Below are positions 49,600-59,352 of a stretch of 59,963 nucleotides of DNA, in pieces; position 1 is the first letter of the stretch, and the number at the start of each line of letters is the position of its first letter. Origin of the DNA: Acidobacteriota bacterium (GTDB lineage: Bacteria; Acidobacteriota; Vicinamibacteria; Vicinamibacterales; 2-12-FULL-66-21); assembly GCA_003223835.1 (NCBI GenBank), contig QHWR01000094.1, positions 1 through 59,963 of the forward strand, in the 5' to 3' direction. A model generated the notes under the pieces. It searched no databases, was not told where the DNA came from, and saw only the letters and a list, made by a program, of their open reading frames with translations. Made by a program: the position numbers and the translations under genes.

Positions 49600-50988
49600 C
49601 TACGAGCTGCGCGCGAGGAGGGGCTCCCGGCTGGCGGCAGGCTGGAGCGGGAGCCGGAGGCTGGCGCGGCAGCCGGACCGGTCGGCGCGGTTCTCCAGCG
49701 TCAGGCTGCCGCCGTGGGCTTCCGCAATCTGACGGCTCAGGACGAGCCCGATCCCGGAGCCGCCCGGCTTCGTCGTGAAGAACGGGACGAACAGGTTTCC
49801 CGTGTTCGACAGCCCCGGGCCATCGTCCTCCACCCACAGCTCCATCGTCGGCGGCGAGGATCCGGGAAGCCGCTGCCATCCGACGCGCACGCCGCCTCCG
49901 GTTTCGCGGACGGCGTCCACGGCGTTGCGCGTCAGGTTGATGAGCAGCTGTTCGAGCTGATCGCTGTCGCCGTGCACCGTGAGCTGCGGGCCGCCGGCGA
50001 TCTCGATCGCGTGCGGCTTTTCCAGCGTGACGACGCGATCGACGACCGCGGAGACGTCGAGCGCGGCGAGCTTGGGCGCGGGCAGCTTGGCGAGGCGCGC
50101 ATACGCGCTCATGAAGCGGCTCAAGGATTCCGAACGCGACGCGATCACGCCCAGGCCGCGCTGCACGTCGTCGCGCCAGTCGGCGGGCGGCGGATTGTGT
50201 TCGACGATGGTCGAGAGGCTGCCGGCGATCGATTTGATCGGGGCGAGCGAATTGTTCATTTCGTGGCCGATGACGCGGATCAGCCGCTGCCATGCCTGCC
50301 GCTCCTCTTCGCGGAGCGGCTGGCTCAAATCCGAGAGCACGAGCAGCTCGTGAGGGCGTCCTCCCTGCCGGAACGAGCTGCGCCGAATCTCCCAACGGCC
50401 CACACCGCCGGGGAATGCGGTGTTGATCACGCGCGGCGCGTCCCCGGTCAGACAGTCCTCGAGCCCGGTTTCGTCGGCGCGGCGGCCGAGCAGACGTTCG
50501 GCCGGCTGGCTGAGCAGCCGCGCCCCCGCGCGGTTGACGAATTTCAGCTCCTGCTCCTCGTCGAACGTAAAGACGGCGACGTCGATCTCCGCCATCACCT
50601 TGCGGAGGAGCGTCGTCGCTTCGAGCGCGTCGAGGCGTTGATGACGCAGCGTTTCGACGAGCGTGTTGACCTCGATCATCACCTCGCCGAGCGGATCGCC
50701 GCCGCGCGCGCCGCGGGCGCGGATCGAGAAGTCCCCCTCGCCCAGCGCCGCGAGCAGGTTCGAGAGGGTCTGCAGCGGCAGGACGACGCGTTCGCGCAGC
50801 GCGAAGGCGAAGCCGAGGCAGAAGGTGACGATGAGGACCGTGAGGGTCCACTGCACTTTCGGCGTGTAATCGCCGGTCCAGAGAAAAATGAGGGAGATGC
50901 CCGCGCCGGGAAGCGCCGACGCGAGCGCCATCAGGAGAATGCGGCGATCGTGGCTTAACCGAGGCTCCCGCGGTCTGGCTGTCGCCAT
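49600..50988 (-). CDS. Sensor histidine kinase (2 TM, PAS-like, HATPase)
   Basis: AWQRLIRVIGHEMNNSLAPI, LINLTRNA, DDGPG, FVPFFTTKPGGSGIGL. Confidence 0.93.
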   Translation of the reverse strand: MATARPREPRLSHDRRILLMALASALPGAGISLIFLWTGDYTPKVQWTLTVLIVTFCLGFAFALRERVVLPLQTLSNLLAALGEGDFSIRARGARGGDPLGEVMIEVNTLVETLRHQRLDALEATTLLRKVMAEIDVAVFTFDEEQELKFVNRAGARLLSQPAERLLGRRADETGLEDCLTGDAPRVINTAFPGGVGRWEIRRSSFRQGGRPHELLVLSDLSQPLREEERQAWQRLIRVIGHEMNNSLAPIKSIAGSLSTIVEHNPPPADWRDDVQRGLGVIASRSESLSRFMSAYARLAKLPAPKLAALDVSAVVDRVVTLEKPHAIEIAGGPQLTVHGDSDQLEQLLINLTRNAVDAVRETGGGVRVGWQRLPGSSPPTMELWVEDDGPGLSNTGNLFVPFFTTKPGGSGIGLVLSRQIAEAHGGSLTLENRADRSGCRASLRLPLQPAASREPLLARSS

Positions 50989-50997
50989 CCCGGCATT

Positions 50998-52422
50998 TTA
51001 CAATCCGTACCGTTGCAGCCGTCGATAGAGGGCGGAGCGGCTGAGACCCAAGGCCTTGGCGGCCTGGCTGACGTTGCCGTCGAACCGCGTCATCGCCTTC
51101 TTGATCAGGAAGCACTCGACGTCCTCGAGGCTCATGTCCTCGAGCCGTCCGCCGCCTTCCTTGTTGGCGCGCAGGCCGAGATCGGTCGGCTTGATCATGG
51201 GTCCCTGGGCCATCAGGACGGCGCGTTCGACGGCGTGATCCAGCTCGCGGACGTTGCCGGGCCACGTGTGCTCGAGCAGCATCTGCATCGCGCCGCTCTC
51301 GAATCCCGTGAGGCGCTTGCGATAGCGCTGCGCGTGCTGGCGGAGGAAGTGTTGCGCGATGAGCGGGATGTCCTCGCGCCGGTCTCGAAGCGGCGGCAGC
51401 CGGATCTCGATCGTGTTCAACCGGAACAGCAGATCCTGACGGAATCGGCCCCCGGCCACTTCTTCCGGAAGGTTCGCGTTCGTCGCGGAGATGATCCGAA
51501 CGTCGACGCGACGGGTGCGCGACGAGCCGAGCCGCTCGAACTCGCCGGTCTCGATGACGCGCAGCAGCTTGGCCTGCTGGCTGAGCGGCACGTTGGCGAT
51601 TTCGTCCAGGAACAGCGTGCCGAGGTCCGCCAGCTCGAAGCGGCCGACGCGGTCCGCCTTGGCGTCGGTGAACGCGCCCCGAACGTGGCCGAACAGCTCG
51701 CTCTCGAACACGCCCTCGGAAACGCCGCCCGAGTTGACGACGACCATCGGCCGCGAGGCGCGGCTCGACACCGCGTGCAGCGCGCGAGCGACGACGCCCT
51801 TGCCGGTCCCGTTCTCGCCGAGGATCAACACGTTGGCGTCCGAGGGACCGACCCGCGCAATGACCTGCAGGACGTTCTGCATCGCGGAGGACTCGGCGAT
51901 CAGCTTCGGCACGCCGTCGCCGCGAAGCAGCGAGTTCTCGGCCTCGAGGCGCTGTCCCTTGCGGAGCGCCTGGCTCAACTCGATCTGGGTCCGGATGATG
52001 GCCAGGAGCCGCGCGTTGTCCCAGGGCTTCTGGATGAAATCGCGCGCGCCGCGGCGCATCGCTTCGACGGCGACCTCGACGCTGCCCCACGCCGTCATGA
52101 CGACGACCGGCAGCGTCGGATCGATGCTCTGGATCCGCGAGAGGAGGTTGAGGCCCTCTTCGCCCGACGTCGTGTCGCGTGCGTAGTTGAGATCGATGAG
52201 GGCGACGTCGAACTCGCGCGCCTCGATCGCGGCCAGAACGCCCGCCGGAGACGAAGCGGTTTCGAGCTGGAATCCTTCGGCCTTGAGCAGCAGCCGCAGC
52301 GCTTCGAGCACGTCGGACTGATCGTCCGCGATGAGCACCCGCGGCTCCGTCGGACGAACCGGGTGCCGTGTGGGTTCCGTCGAATCGCGCCGCTGGTCCT
52401 TCAAGTGGTCGGTGATGAGCAT
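50998..52422 (-). CDS. Sigma54-dependent NtrC-family response regulator
   Basis: REC domain, GENGTGK, ESELFGHVRGAFTDA, LFLDEI, WPGNVREL, Fis-type HTH. Confidence 0.95.
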   Translation of the reverse strand: MLITDHLKDQRRDSTEPTRHPVRPTEPRVLIADDQSDVLEALRLLLKAEGFQLETASSPAGVLAAIEAREFDVALIDLNYARDTTSGEEGLNLLSRIQSIDPTLPVVVMTAWGSVEVAVEAMRRGARDFIQKPWDNARLLAIIRTQIELSQALRKGQRLEAENSLLRGDGVPKLIAESSAMQNVLQVIARVGPSDANVLILGENGTGKGVVARALHAVSSRASRPMVVVNSGGVSEGVFESELFGHVRGAFTDAKADRVGRFELADLGTLFLDEIANVPLSQQAKLLRVIETGEFERLGSSRTRRVDVRIISATNANLPEEVAGGRFRQDLLFRLNTIEIRLPPLRDRREDIPLIAQHFLRQHAQRYRKRLTGFESGAMQMLLEHTWPGNVRELDHAVERAVLMAQGPMIKPTDLGLRANKEGGGRLEDMSLEDVECFLIKKAMTRFDGNVSQAAKALGLSRSALYRRLQRYGL

Positions 52423-52430
52423 GGGATAAG

Positions 52431-52494
52431 AGCCATCAGCTATCGGCATTCAGCCTGAACGAGCTGTCAGGTGACGGCTGACAGCTGGCAGCTG
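52431..52494. repeat. Inverted heptamer arrays (AGCnATC)/(GCTGACA-like)
   Basis: agccatc agctatc ggcattc ... agctgtc aggtgac ggctgac agctggc. Confidence 0.65.
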
Positions 52495-52497
52495 CGT

Positions 52498-52672
52498 TCA
52501 TTCCGTTCTCAGCGCGATCAGCGGATCGATCCGCGTCGCACGCCGCGCGGGAATGTAGTTAGCGAGGAGCGCGACCGCGCCGAGCCAGCAGCGCGAGCCC
52601 GCCGAACACGGCCAGCAGAATCACGTTCGTTCGCAGCGGCTGCAGCGACTGGGCGACCTGGTCTTGGAACAT
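52498..52672 (-). pseudogene. Remnant of an ADOP/MacB-FtsX-type ABC permease collapsed by two deletions
   Basis: Reads MFQD|[25 protein letters not shown] then, in another frame, [28 protein letters not shown]; sits where the permease belongs after the ABC ATPase. Confidence 0.85.
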
Positions 52673-52680
52673 AAGATCGA

Positions 52681-52723
52681 GGCCAGCTTCCAGCCGCTGG
52701 ACGCTGGCGGCTGGAACTGGCAG
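52681..52723. repeat. Inverted heptamer arrays (TTCCAGC)/(GCTGGAA)
   Basis: ggccagc ttccagc cgctgga cgctggc ggctgga actggca. Confidence 0.7.
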
Positions 52724-52729
52724 CTTTCT

Positions 52730-53473
52730 TCAGTGCGCGATGTCGAAGCCGCTCTCCTCGAGTTCGCGTTCACCCTTCTTGCTGCCGTCTTCCTCGAGGA
52801 CGCGGCCGTCGAACAGATGGATGGAACGGTCCGCGTGGCGTGCGTACCGCGGATCGTGCGTGACCATGCAGATGGTCGCCCCTTCGCGGTGCAGTTCGCG
52901 GAGCAGCTCCATGACCGCTTCGCCGTTCTTCGAGTCGAGGTTTCCGGTCGGCTCGTCCGCGAGCAGGATCGATGGCGATCCGGCGACGGCGCGCGCCACC
53001 GCGACGCGCTGCTGCTGACCGCCCGAGAGCTGGCTCGGGAGGTGCTTGGCGCGGTGCGCCATCCCGACCTTCTCGAGCGCCGCCATCACGCGCTCCTTGC
53101 GCTCGGCGGACTTCATGCCGCGATAAGTGAGCGGCAGCTCGACGTTCTCGTACACGTTGAGATCGCCAATCAGGTTGAAGCTCTGGAAGATGAACCCGAT
53201 TTCGCGGTTCCGCACGCGCGCGCGCTCCGAGAGCGGCAGGTCCGCCACTTCCTTCGTGTTCAGCCAGTACTTGCCCTCGGTGGGGGAGTCCAGGAGCCCC
53301 AGGATCGAGAGCAGCGTCGACTTGCCGCAGCCCGACGGTCCCGCGATGGCGATGTACTCGCCGCTCTTGATCTCGAGGTGGATGCCGGCGAGGGCGTGCG
53401 TCTCGACTTCGTCGGTGAAGAAAACCTTCGTGACGCCGTCGAGGCGAATCAGCGGTTGAGCGGACGTGTTCAT
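52730..53473 (-). CDS. ABC transporter ATP-binding protein (MacB/LolD type)
   Basis: GPSGCGKST, IGFIFQSFNLI, LSGGQQQRVAVARA, ADEPTGNLD, VTHD. Confidence 0.95.
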   Translation of the reverse strand: MNTSAQPLIRLDGVTKVFFTDEVETHALAGIHLEIKSGEYIAIAGPSGCGKSTLLSILGLLDSPTEGKYWLNTKEVADLPLSERARVRNREIGFIFQSFNLIGDLNVYENVELPLTYRGMKSAERKERVMAALEKVGMAHRAKHLPSQLSGGQQQRVAVARAVAGSPSILLADEPTGNLDSKNGEAVMELLRELHREGATICMVTHDPRYARHADRSIHLFDGRVLEEDGSKKGERELEESGFDIAH

Positions 53474-53491
53474 CGTGGCTCCTTTGCGTTG

Positions 53492-53525
53492 AAGCTTCCA
53501 GCGTCCAGCGGCCAGCTTCCAGCTA
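53492..53525. repeat. Heptamer array (TCCAGCN)n
   Basis: ttccagc gtccagc ggccagc ttccagc. Confidence 0.75.
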
Positions 53526-54776
53526 GTTCAATCTCACTCGTTCGAACTGGTCGTACTGGGACATGTCGGAGAGGATCACCTGATCGCCGGGCTGCAGGCC
53601 CGACAGGACCTCGATCGTGTTCACCGACGCCTTTCCGAGCTTGACGTTCGTCCGGACGGCCTCACCGTCCGGCTGCACCTTGAAGATCCCGACCGTCGCG
53701 TTCTCCTGGCCGAACGCGGGCCGCCCGACGTAGATGACGTTGTCGAGGCGCTCGAGCTGCACGGTGCCATCCACGCTCAGGTCCGGCCGCGCCCCGGGCG
53801 GCAGCGCATCGTCCAGAATCACATCGACGCCGACCGTGCCGTTCTGCGACGCCGGATCGATCCGCGACACGTGCCCCTTGACGACGCCGTTGCGCGTGTC
53901 GACCTCGGCGTACTGACCGGGCTTGATGTCCTTCGTCTGCGTTTCCGCGATGCGCAACTCCGCCTTGAGATTGCTCGGATCGGCGACGCGCGCGAGATTG
54001 GTGCCCGGCGCGACCTGGGAACCGCGTTCGACCGGCACGAGCTGCAGGACGCCGCTCATGCCGGCCTTCACGTGCAGGTCGTCGAGCTGACGCGAGCGGA
54101 GCTGCCAGTCGGCGCGCTTGGCCTCGACGTCGGCCTGCTGCGGCGCAAGCTGCGACTTCACGCCCTCACGCGCGATCTGCAGCCGCCGCTGGGAAAGCGC
54201 GAGCCGGTTCTTCAGCTCCTCCGCGAGGCCGCGCTTCTGCTTCAACTGAAGATCCGAGACGAGGCCGTCCTTCGCGAGCTGCTCGTTGGCCTCGAGGTCG
54301 AGCGCCGCCTGCCGGTAGTTGGCTTCGATGTTCGCGGTGTCCGCTTCCTGATTGAGCAGTGAGCTCTGCAGCTCCGCCTGGCGGTTGACGAACGCGGCCT
54401 GCGCGGACTGGAACGCGAGCTGCGCGTCGGACACCGACTGCTGCAGCTCGGGGTTGCTCAGCTCGAGGATCACGGTGTCGGGGGTCACCTGCGCGCCGGG
54501 ACGCAGCAGGATCTTTTCCACGCGTCCCTGCGTGCGCGCCGGGATCCAGCGGATGTCTTCGGGCACGAGGGTGCCGGACCCTCGGACCTGGCGCAGCATC
54601 GACCCGCGTTTGACGGTGTCGATCCACACCACGGCGCGATCGACCGTCGGGGCGGCCGGCTTCAGCCGGGAGACGCCGACGGTAATCAAGATGATGGCGA
54701 GCAGCGCGACGCCGCCGTAGATCGCACGGCGGATCTTCTTCTTGCGCGCTTGCGACGGACGCGGAATATCAACCAT
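53523..54776 (-). CDS. Efflux periplasmic adaptor (HlyD/MacA family)
   Basis: MVDIPR, TM anchor, VRGSGTLVP, long alpha-hairpin, GL.PGDQVILSD. Confidence 0.9.
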   Translation of the reverse strand: MVDIPRPSQARKKKIRRAIYGGVALLAIILITVGVSRLKPAAPTVDRAVVWIDTVKRGSMLRQVRGSGTLVPEDIRWIPARTQGRVEKILLRPGAQVTPDTVILELSNPELQQSVSDAQLAFQSAQAAFVNRQAELQSSLLNQEADTANIEANYRQAALDLEANEQLAKDGLVSDLQLKQKRGLAEELKNRLALSQRRLQIAREGVKSQLAPQQADVEAKRADWQLRSRQLDDLHVKAGMSGVLQLVPVERGSQVAPGTNLARVADPSNLKAELRIAETQTKDIKPGQYAEVDTRNGVVKGHVSRIDPASQNGTVGVDVILDDALPPGARPDLSVDGTVQLERLDNVIYVGRPAFGQENATVGIFKVQPDGEAVRTNVKLGKASVNTIEVLSGLQPGDQVILSDMSQYDQFERVRLN

Positions 54777-54852
54777 TGAAGCCTCTGTTGGGGCCGCAGC
54801 CACGGAGCGACGTGAACGAGCGCGGAACGGACCGGCCCGAAGAACAGATAAG

Positions 54853-55013
54853 CCAAACGCTGTGCCACGCCATCGTTCGTGCTAAATCCCAATGAAATCA
54901 GGCTTTTGCGGCTCCGCCTCGCGGGCGGCGGCCGCCAATCGTGACCGCTGGCGGAATCGGTTCGTCCCAGAACCGGACAACCCAACGACCGAAGTGCGTT
55001 CGTGCGTTGGACA
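54853..55013 (-). promoter_or_regulatory. Sigma54 promoter with IHF site and two upstream activator sites for the efflux operon
   Basis: TGGCACA-GCGT-TTGG (54867-54853, minus; -12 deviates from TTGC); AATCAG-GCTT-TTG IHF match (54896-54908); cgtcc-N7-ggaca (54963-54979) and cgttc-N7-ggaca (54997-55013). Confidence 0.6.
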
Positions 55014-55070
55014 ATTGGACGGAAGTGTTCGCTTCCGGGTTTGCAATAAGTTACGGAATATTAATTTGGT

Positions 55071-55099
55071 TTGACAAAGGAAATTATTTTTCAGATGAT
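55071..55099 (+). promoter_or_regulatory. Sigma70-type promoter for the MarR gene
   Basis: TTGACA-N17-GATGAT, 8 nt before ATG 55108, in an AT-rich patch. Confidence 0.55.
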
Positions 55100-55107
55100 C
55101 AGGGCGG

Positions 55108-55719
55108 ATGCGAACCCAATCCGGCACGCTGTCCGCCGCCGCTGACCGCCTCCTCGACGCCTATCCGCGCATCTACTTCGCGTGTCATACGCGGCACGTC
55201 CGCGACCCGCAGACGCAGCGTCTGCTCAGCCGTCATCAGGCGAGCGTGCTCGATCACCTCGACGAGGTCGAGCCGACCACACTGATGGATCTTGCCCGGC
55301 ACATGGGGGTCACGCCCGGCACGATGTCGATCGCGATCGATCGGCTGGAGCGGAAGGGGTACGTCGTCAGGCTGCGCGACACGGCCGATCGACGCCGCGT
55401 CCACGTGCGCCTGACCGGCGCCGGCGTCCGCGTGCGCGAGGCCAGCTCCGTCCTCGACCGGCAGCGCGTCGAGGCGCTGCTCGCGCGCATGAGCGACGCC
55501 GACCGCGACGCCGGCCTCCGAGGCCTGGCGCTGCTCGCGCACGCCGCGCAGGAACAGATGCACGCGATCGCCGCGCGCCGCGATCGCGAGGCGGACACCC
55601 GTCAAGAGCGCCCGCGGCTCGAGCGAGGCGACGGAGTGAAGCGAGCCGAAGGCGAGCCGCCGAGCGAGAGCGAGCGGGGGTGGGGCCCCGCGAGCACTAA
55701 TAAGAGAGAGCCGGCATGA
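55108..55719 (+). CDS. MarR family transcriptional regulator with a repeat-like C-terminal extension
   Basis: LARHMGVTPGTMSIAIDRLERKGYVVRLRDTADRRRVHVRLT winged HTH. Confidence 0.88.
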   Translation: MRTQSGTLSAAADRLLDAYPRIYFACHTRHVRDPQTQRLLSRHQASVLDHLDEVEPTTLMDLARHMGVTPGTMSIAIDRLERKGYVVRLRDTADRRRVHVRLTGAGVRVREASSVLDRQRVEALLARMSDADRDAGLRGLALLAHAAQEQMHAIAARRDREADTRQERPRLERGDGVKRAEGEPPSESERGWGPASTNKREPA

Positions 55720-56225
55720 AACTGCTGCTGTGGATCGTCATCGCCCTCGTGGCCCTGGTCGTGGTCATCGCAGCGATCGGGTCGCGGTTGCCGAAAGCGC
55801 ATCACGCGTCGAAGACGGCGCGGTTCCCGGTGCCGCCCGAAACGCTGTACGCGGTGATCAGCGACGTCGAACGTTATCCCGAATGGCGACAGGACGTGAA
55901 ACGGGTCGAGCGGCTGCCGGATCGCGACGGCCGGCCCGCATGGAACGAGCACGGGAGCCACGGGCCGATTCCCATGCGCGCGGAGCGGATGGAACCGCCG
56001 TCGCTGATGGTCGGCCGGATCGGGGAAGGCCTGGCGTTCGGCGGCACGTGGACGTTCCGGATCGCGCCCGTCTCGGGCGGATCGGAGTTGACGGTCGCCG
56101 AAGACGGCGAGATCTACAATCCGATCTTCCGGTTTCTCGCTCGGTTCGTGTTCGGCTACGAAGCCACGATGACGCGGTACCTCGCGGCGCTGCGGGCTCG
56201 CGTCACCCGTCCCGCGGCAAAGTGA
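55716..56225 (+). CDS. SRPBCC (START/polyketide cyclase-like) protein with N-terminal TM
   Basis: ISDVERYPEWRQDV, FGGTWTFRI, LTVAEDGEIYNPIFRF. Confidence 0.8.
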   Translation: MKLLLWIVIALVALVVVIAAIGSRLPKAHHASKTARFPVPPETLYAVISDVERYPEWRQDVKRVERLPDRDGRPAWNEHGSHGPIPMRAERMEPPSLMVGRIGEGLAFGGTWTFRIAPVSGGSELTVAEDGEIYNPIFRFLARFVFGYEATMTRYLAALRARVTRPAAK

Positions 56226-57000
56226 CCAGGACCTGGCCGTTCTGTTCGCGCACCTCGTAAACGTGAATGTTCCGCTTGGCCGGGCCGCATCGGACTTCGC
56301 CGGTGGCGGTATCGAACTGCGACCCGTGCCAGAGACATTGCACGACGCCGCCGACGCAGACGCCGCCCGCGAGCGATCCGCCGCGGTGCGTGCAGCCGTC
56401 GTCGAACGCGGCGAATCCTTCCTTGGTACGGGCGAGCACAATCCGGCGCCCGTCGATGTGGAGAAGCTTCATCTGATCTTCGTTCAAATCTTCGGTCCGG
56501 GCCGCGACCACGGACGCGCCGGCCGCCCCCGAAAGCGTGACCTCCTGCCATTTCCCCGCGCGCGCATAGCGATGGTCCACGCTGATAAGGTTGCGCGTGA
56601 CGAGCGTGCCTCCCAGCCAGCCGCCGTACACGAGGATCGCGCCCCCCAGCAGCTCGGAAATGATCGTCAACGCGGAGGGGGACGTCGCGTCTCGGAAGAG
56701 CCATCCCACCGCAAAAAGGAAAAGCGCGGTCGCGTTCGCCGTTCCGTGGCGCAGCGCGCGGGCGCGGCCCGAGCTGGCCGGCGGCACCGTTTTCAGATAA
56801 TCGAGAACGCCGGGGATGGCCGTGACCATGCCGGCCAGGAGGCCCAGTTCCGAGAGGTGCCGTCCCGTGAGCATCAGCCCGCGGCGGTCGCTGGCGAGGC
56901 CGAGGAGATCGAACAGCAGAGCTCCGAGCAGAAACGCGAAGGGAAACGGGATGAGCGCCGGGTGGATCGGATGACCCTTGAAGCTCGCATAACTTCTCAC
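56203..57000 (-). CDS. DUF2231-like membrane domain fused to a Rieske [2Fe-2S] domain
   Basis: GHPIHPALIPFP and GGWLGGTLV membrane domain; CTH...CLWHGSQFD Rieske motifs. Confidence 0.85.
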   Translation of the reverse strand: MRSYASFKGHPIHPALIPFPFAFLLGALLFDLLGLASDRRGLMLTGRHLSELGLLAGMVTAIPGVLDYLKTVPPASSGRARALRHGTANATALFLFAVGWLFRDATSPSALTIISELLGGAILVYGGWLGGTLVTRNLISVDHRYARAGKWQEVTLSGAAGASVVAARTEDLNEDQMKLLHIDGRRIVLARTKEGFAAFDDGCTHRGGSLAGGVCVGGVVQCLWHGSQFDTATGEVRCGPAKRNIHVYEVREQNGQVLVTLPRDG

Positions 57001-57032
57001 GAGTTCCTCCGTTAGAATCAGACGAGCGCGCT

Positions 57033-57680
57033 ATGAGCGACATCAGCGACCGCCTGCTCAACGATCTCGTGGACGCCGTCAAGGACATCATCCGCAAGGA
57101 GCAATCGGAGCGGCTGCGGGACGTTTATCTGATTGGGGACATCGACAAGGATGCCGCGAAATCGGTCATCGAGCGCTTGCGCGAGCTGGCGAACGACAGC
57201 CACCGGCCCATCGCTCTTTACATCAACAGCGCGGGGGGCAACGTCACCGACGGCCTCGCGATCCACGACGCAATCCGGCACCTGGTGTCGATCGGCGTGG
57301 AGGTCACCATCGTCGTGCAGGGGATGGCGTACTCGATGGGATCCGTCGTGCTCCAGGCGGCCAGTCCCGGCCGCCGCCTCGCCTTCCCGCATTCGTGGAT
57401 CATGATTCACGAACCCGCCAAGTGGGCCGGATGGCAGTCCACGACCGCCGCAGCTCAACATCTCGATCGGCTCAAGCAAATGCAGAACCAGATCTACCGG
57501 ATCCTCGCCGATCGATCGGGCAAGCCGCTGCGGCAAATCATCCGCGACACGAAGCGCACGGACTTTTACCTCGACGCGACTCGCGCGAAGGAGTACGGCC
57601 TCATCGACGGGATTCTCGGTCCGCACGCTCCGGAACCGGCTGCGGTCGAGGCCGACGTGTCGGAAACTCCTGCCACCTGA
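57033..57680 (+). CDS. clpP: ClpP-like ATP-dependent protease proteolytic subunit
   Basis: LYINSAGG.VTDGLAIHD, GMAYSMGS, IMIHEP, DFYL...AKEYGLIDGI. Confidence 0.8.
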   Translation: MSDISDRLLNDLVDAVKDIIRKEQSERLRDVYLIGDIDKDAAKSVIERLRELANDSHRPIALYINSAGGNVTDGLAIHDAIRHLVSIGVEVTIVVQGMAYSMGSVVLQAASPGRRLAFPHSWIMIHEPAKWAGWQSTTAAAQHLDRLKQMQNQIYRILADRSGKPLRQIIRDTKRTDFYLDATRAKEYGLIDGILGPHAPEPAAVEADVSETPAT

Positions 57681-57720
57681 TCTTCATCCTCGATCTACGC
57701 AGCTGATTCCGCCATCTCTG

Positions 57721-57735
57721 TGGCACGGGCGTTGC
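57721..57735 (+). promoter_or_regulatory. Sigma54 -24/-12 promoter
   Basis: TGGCACG-GGCG-TTGC exact consensus upstream of the hybrid kinase. Confidence 0.65.
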
Positions 57736-57817
57736 GACCGTCCTTCTGATTTGCGGCAACTGTCCATGCCGTTGAGCTGGTGCAGTCGAATTCGCGGGCG
57801 TGGCGCCCGGACACTCG

Positions 57818-59348
57818 ATGATGATGCGTGCCGGACCTTATCCGTTTCCGACAGTTCCCGCCGGCGTGCGGTACTTCGTCGCGCTCTCGCTCGTCGTCAT
57901 CGTCTATCTGCTTCGGCGATCCAGCGCCTCGTTCGTCGATGACGGCGGCCTCTTTCTTCTGCTCAGCATCATCGTGCTCGCGAGCGCGTGGTTCGCGGGG
58001 ACGGGCGCAGCGCTCGCCGTCACGGTCCTCGGCGCGCTGCTTGGCGCGGCGGATCCCGCGCGGCCTCCAGGCCAGGCGGCCGGCGTCCAGATGCACCTTG
58101 CGCTGTTCATCGTGGCCGGCCTGCTGCAGACCGCGCTGGTCGCGGAATTGCGTCGAGCGCGGCGCGTCGCGGAGCGGCAGGCGCGAGAGGCGCACGCCGC
58201 GCATCTCGAAGGAGAAGCGGCGAACCGGATGAAAGACGAGTTCCTCGCCACGATCTCGCACGAGCTGCGCACGCCGCTGAACGCCGTGCTCGGATGGGTT
58301 CATCTCATCCGAACGGGCAAGCTGGACGATCAAACGGCGAGACGCGGGTTCGAATCGATCGAACGAAACGTCCGGCACCAGGCACAGCTCACGTCGGATC
58401 TGCTGGAGATCTCCAAGGCGCTCACGGGCAAGCTAAGGCTCGACAGCGCGCCGGTCTCGTTGAAGACGGTCGTGAACGAAGCGACGGCGTCCATCGCGAG
58501 CGCCGCGAGCGCCAAAGACGTGCGGCTGAACGTCTCGCCGCGGCGACGCGAACCGGCTGCGGCAGGTGATCTGGCATCTGCTCGCGAACGCGATCAAGTT
58601 CACGCCGCGCGACGGTGTCGTGAAGGTGTGCGTCGAGCAGCTCGCGTCCGACCAGGCCTGCGTGCAGGTGCGCGACACGGGGCCGGGAATCGATCCCGAA
58701 TTCCTGCCGCGCATCTTCGATCGATTCACGCAGGCGGACGCGTCGCCGACGCGATCCACGGGAGGACTCGGCGTTGGCCTGTCGCTCGTGCGTGAGATCG
58801 TCGAGCGTCACGGCGGCGAGGTACAGGCGCACAACGACGAGCGTGGACGAGGCGCCGTGTTCACGGTCACGCTGCCGCTGCACGTCGAGGATCAGCGGGT
58901 ACGCCCCGTCGCGCCGGCGCCGACAACGCCAACGGTCGGCTCGGCGCCGCTCGACGGGCTTCGCGTGCTCGTGCTCGAGCAGGATCCGGACGTGCGGGAA
59001 CTGCTCGCCACGGTGTTGCAACAGCGCGGCGCAACGGTGCGCGCCGTGGACTCGGTCGCGGGCGCGCTGGAGATACTCGAGGCATGGCGCCCCGACGTGC
59101 TCGTCAGCGACAGCGGGTCGCCCGAGCGCGACTCGTACGCGCTGATCGGAAAGGTGCGGTCGCTCGAAGCGGATCGTGGCGGACGCATTCCGGCGCTCGC
59201 GCTGACGAGCTTTTCACAGACGGACGAAGGCGTGCGGCGTCTCCTCTCGTCCGTCAAGCGCGATCTGCCGAAGCCGGTGGAGCCGGCGGTGCTCGCCGCG
59301 GAAATCGCGCGGCTGACCGGACGCGAACGCCGGCGGGCGCAACGGTGA
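57818..59348 (+). pseudogene. Hybrid sensor histidine kinase/response regulator, frameshifted near 58538
   Basis: TM domain and KDEFLATISHELRTPL in frame 1; RGDANRLRQVIWHLLANAIKFT, DTGPGI, GGLGVGL and REC domain in frame 2; a few linker codons appear missing. Confidence 0.82.
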
Positions 59349-59352
59349 CGCG

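Noticed and set aside
55020-55100. AT-rich patch as foreign DNA or replication origin
   Set aside because: Short, no DnaA-box cluster seen, and explained by divergent promoters
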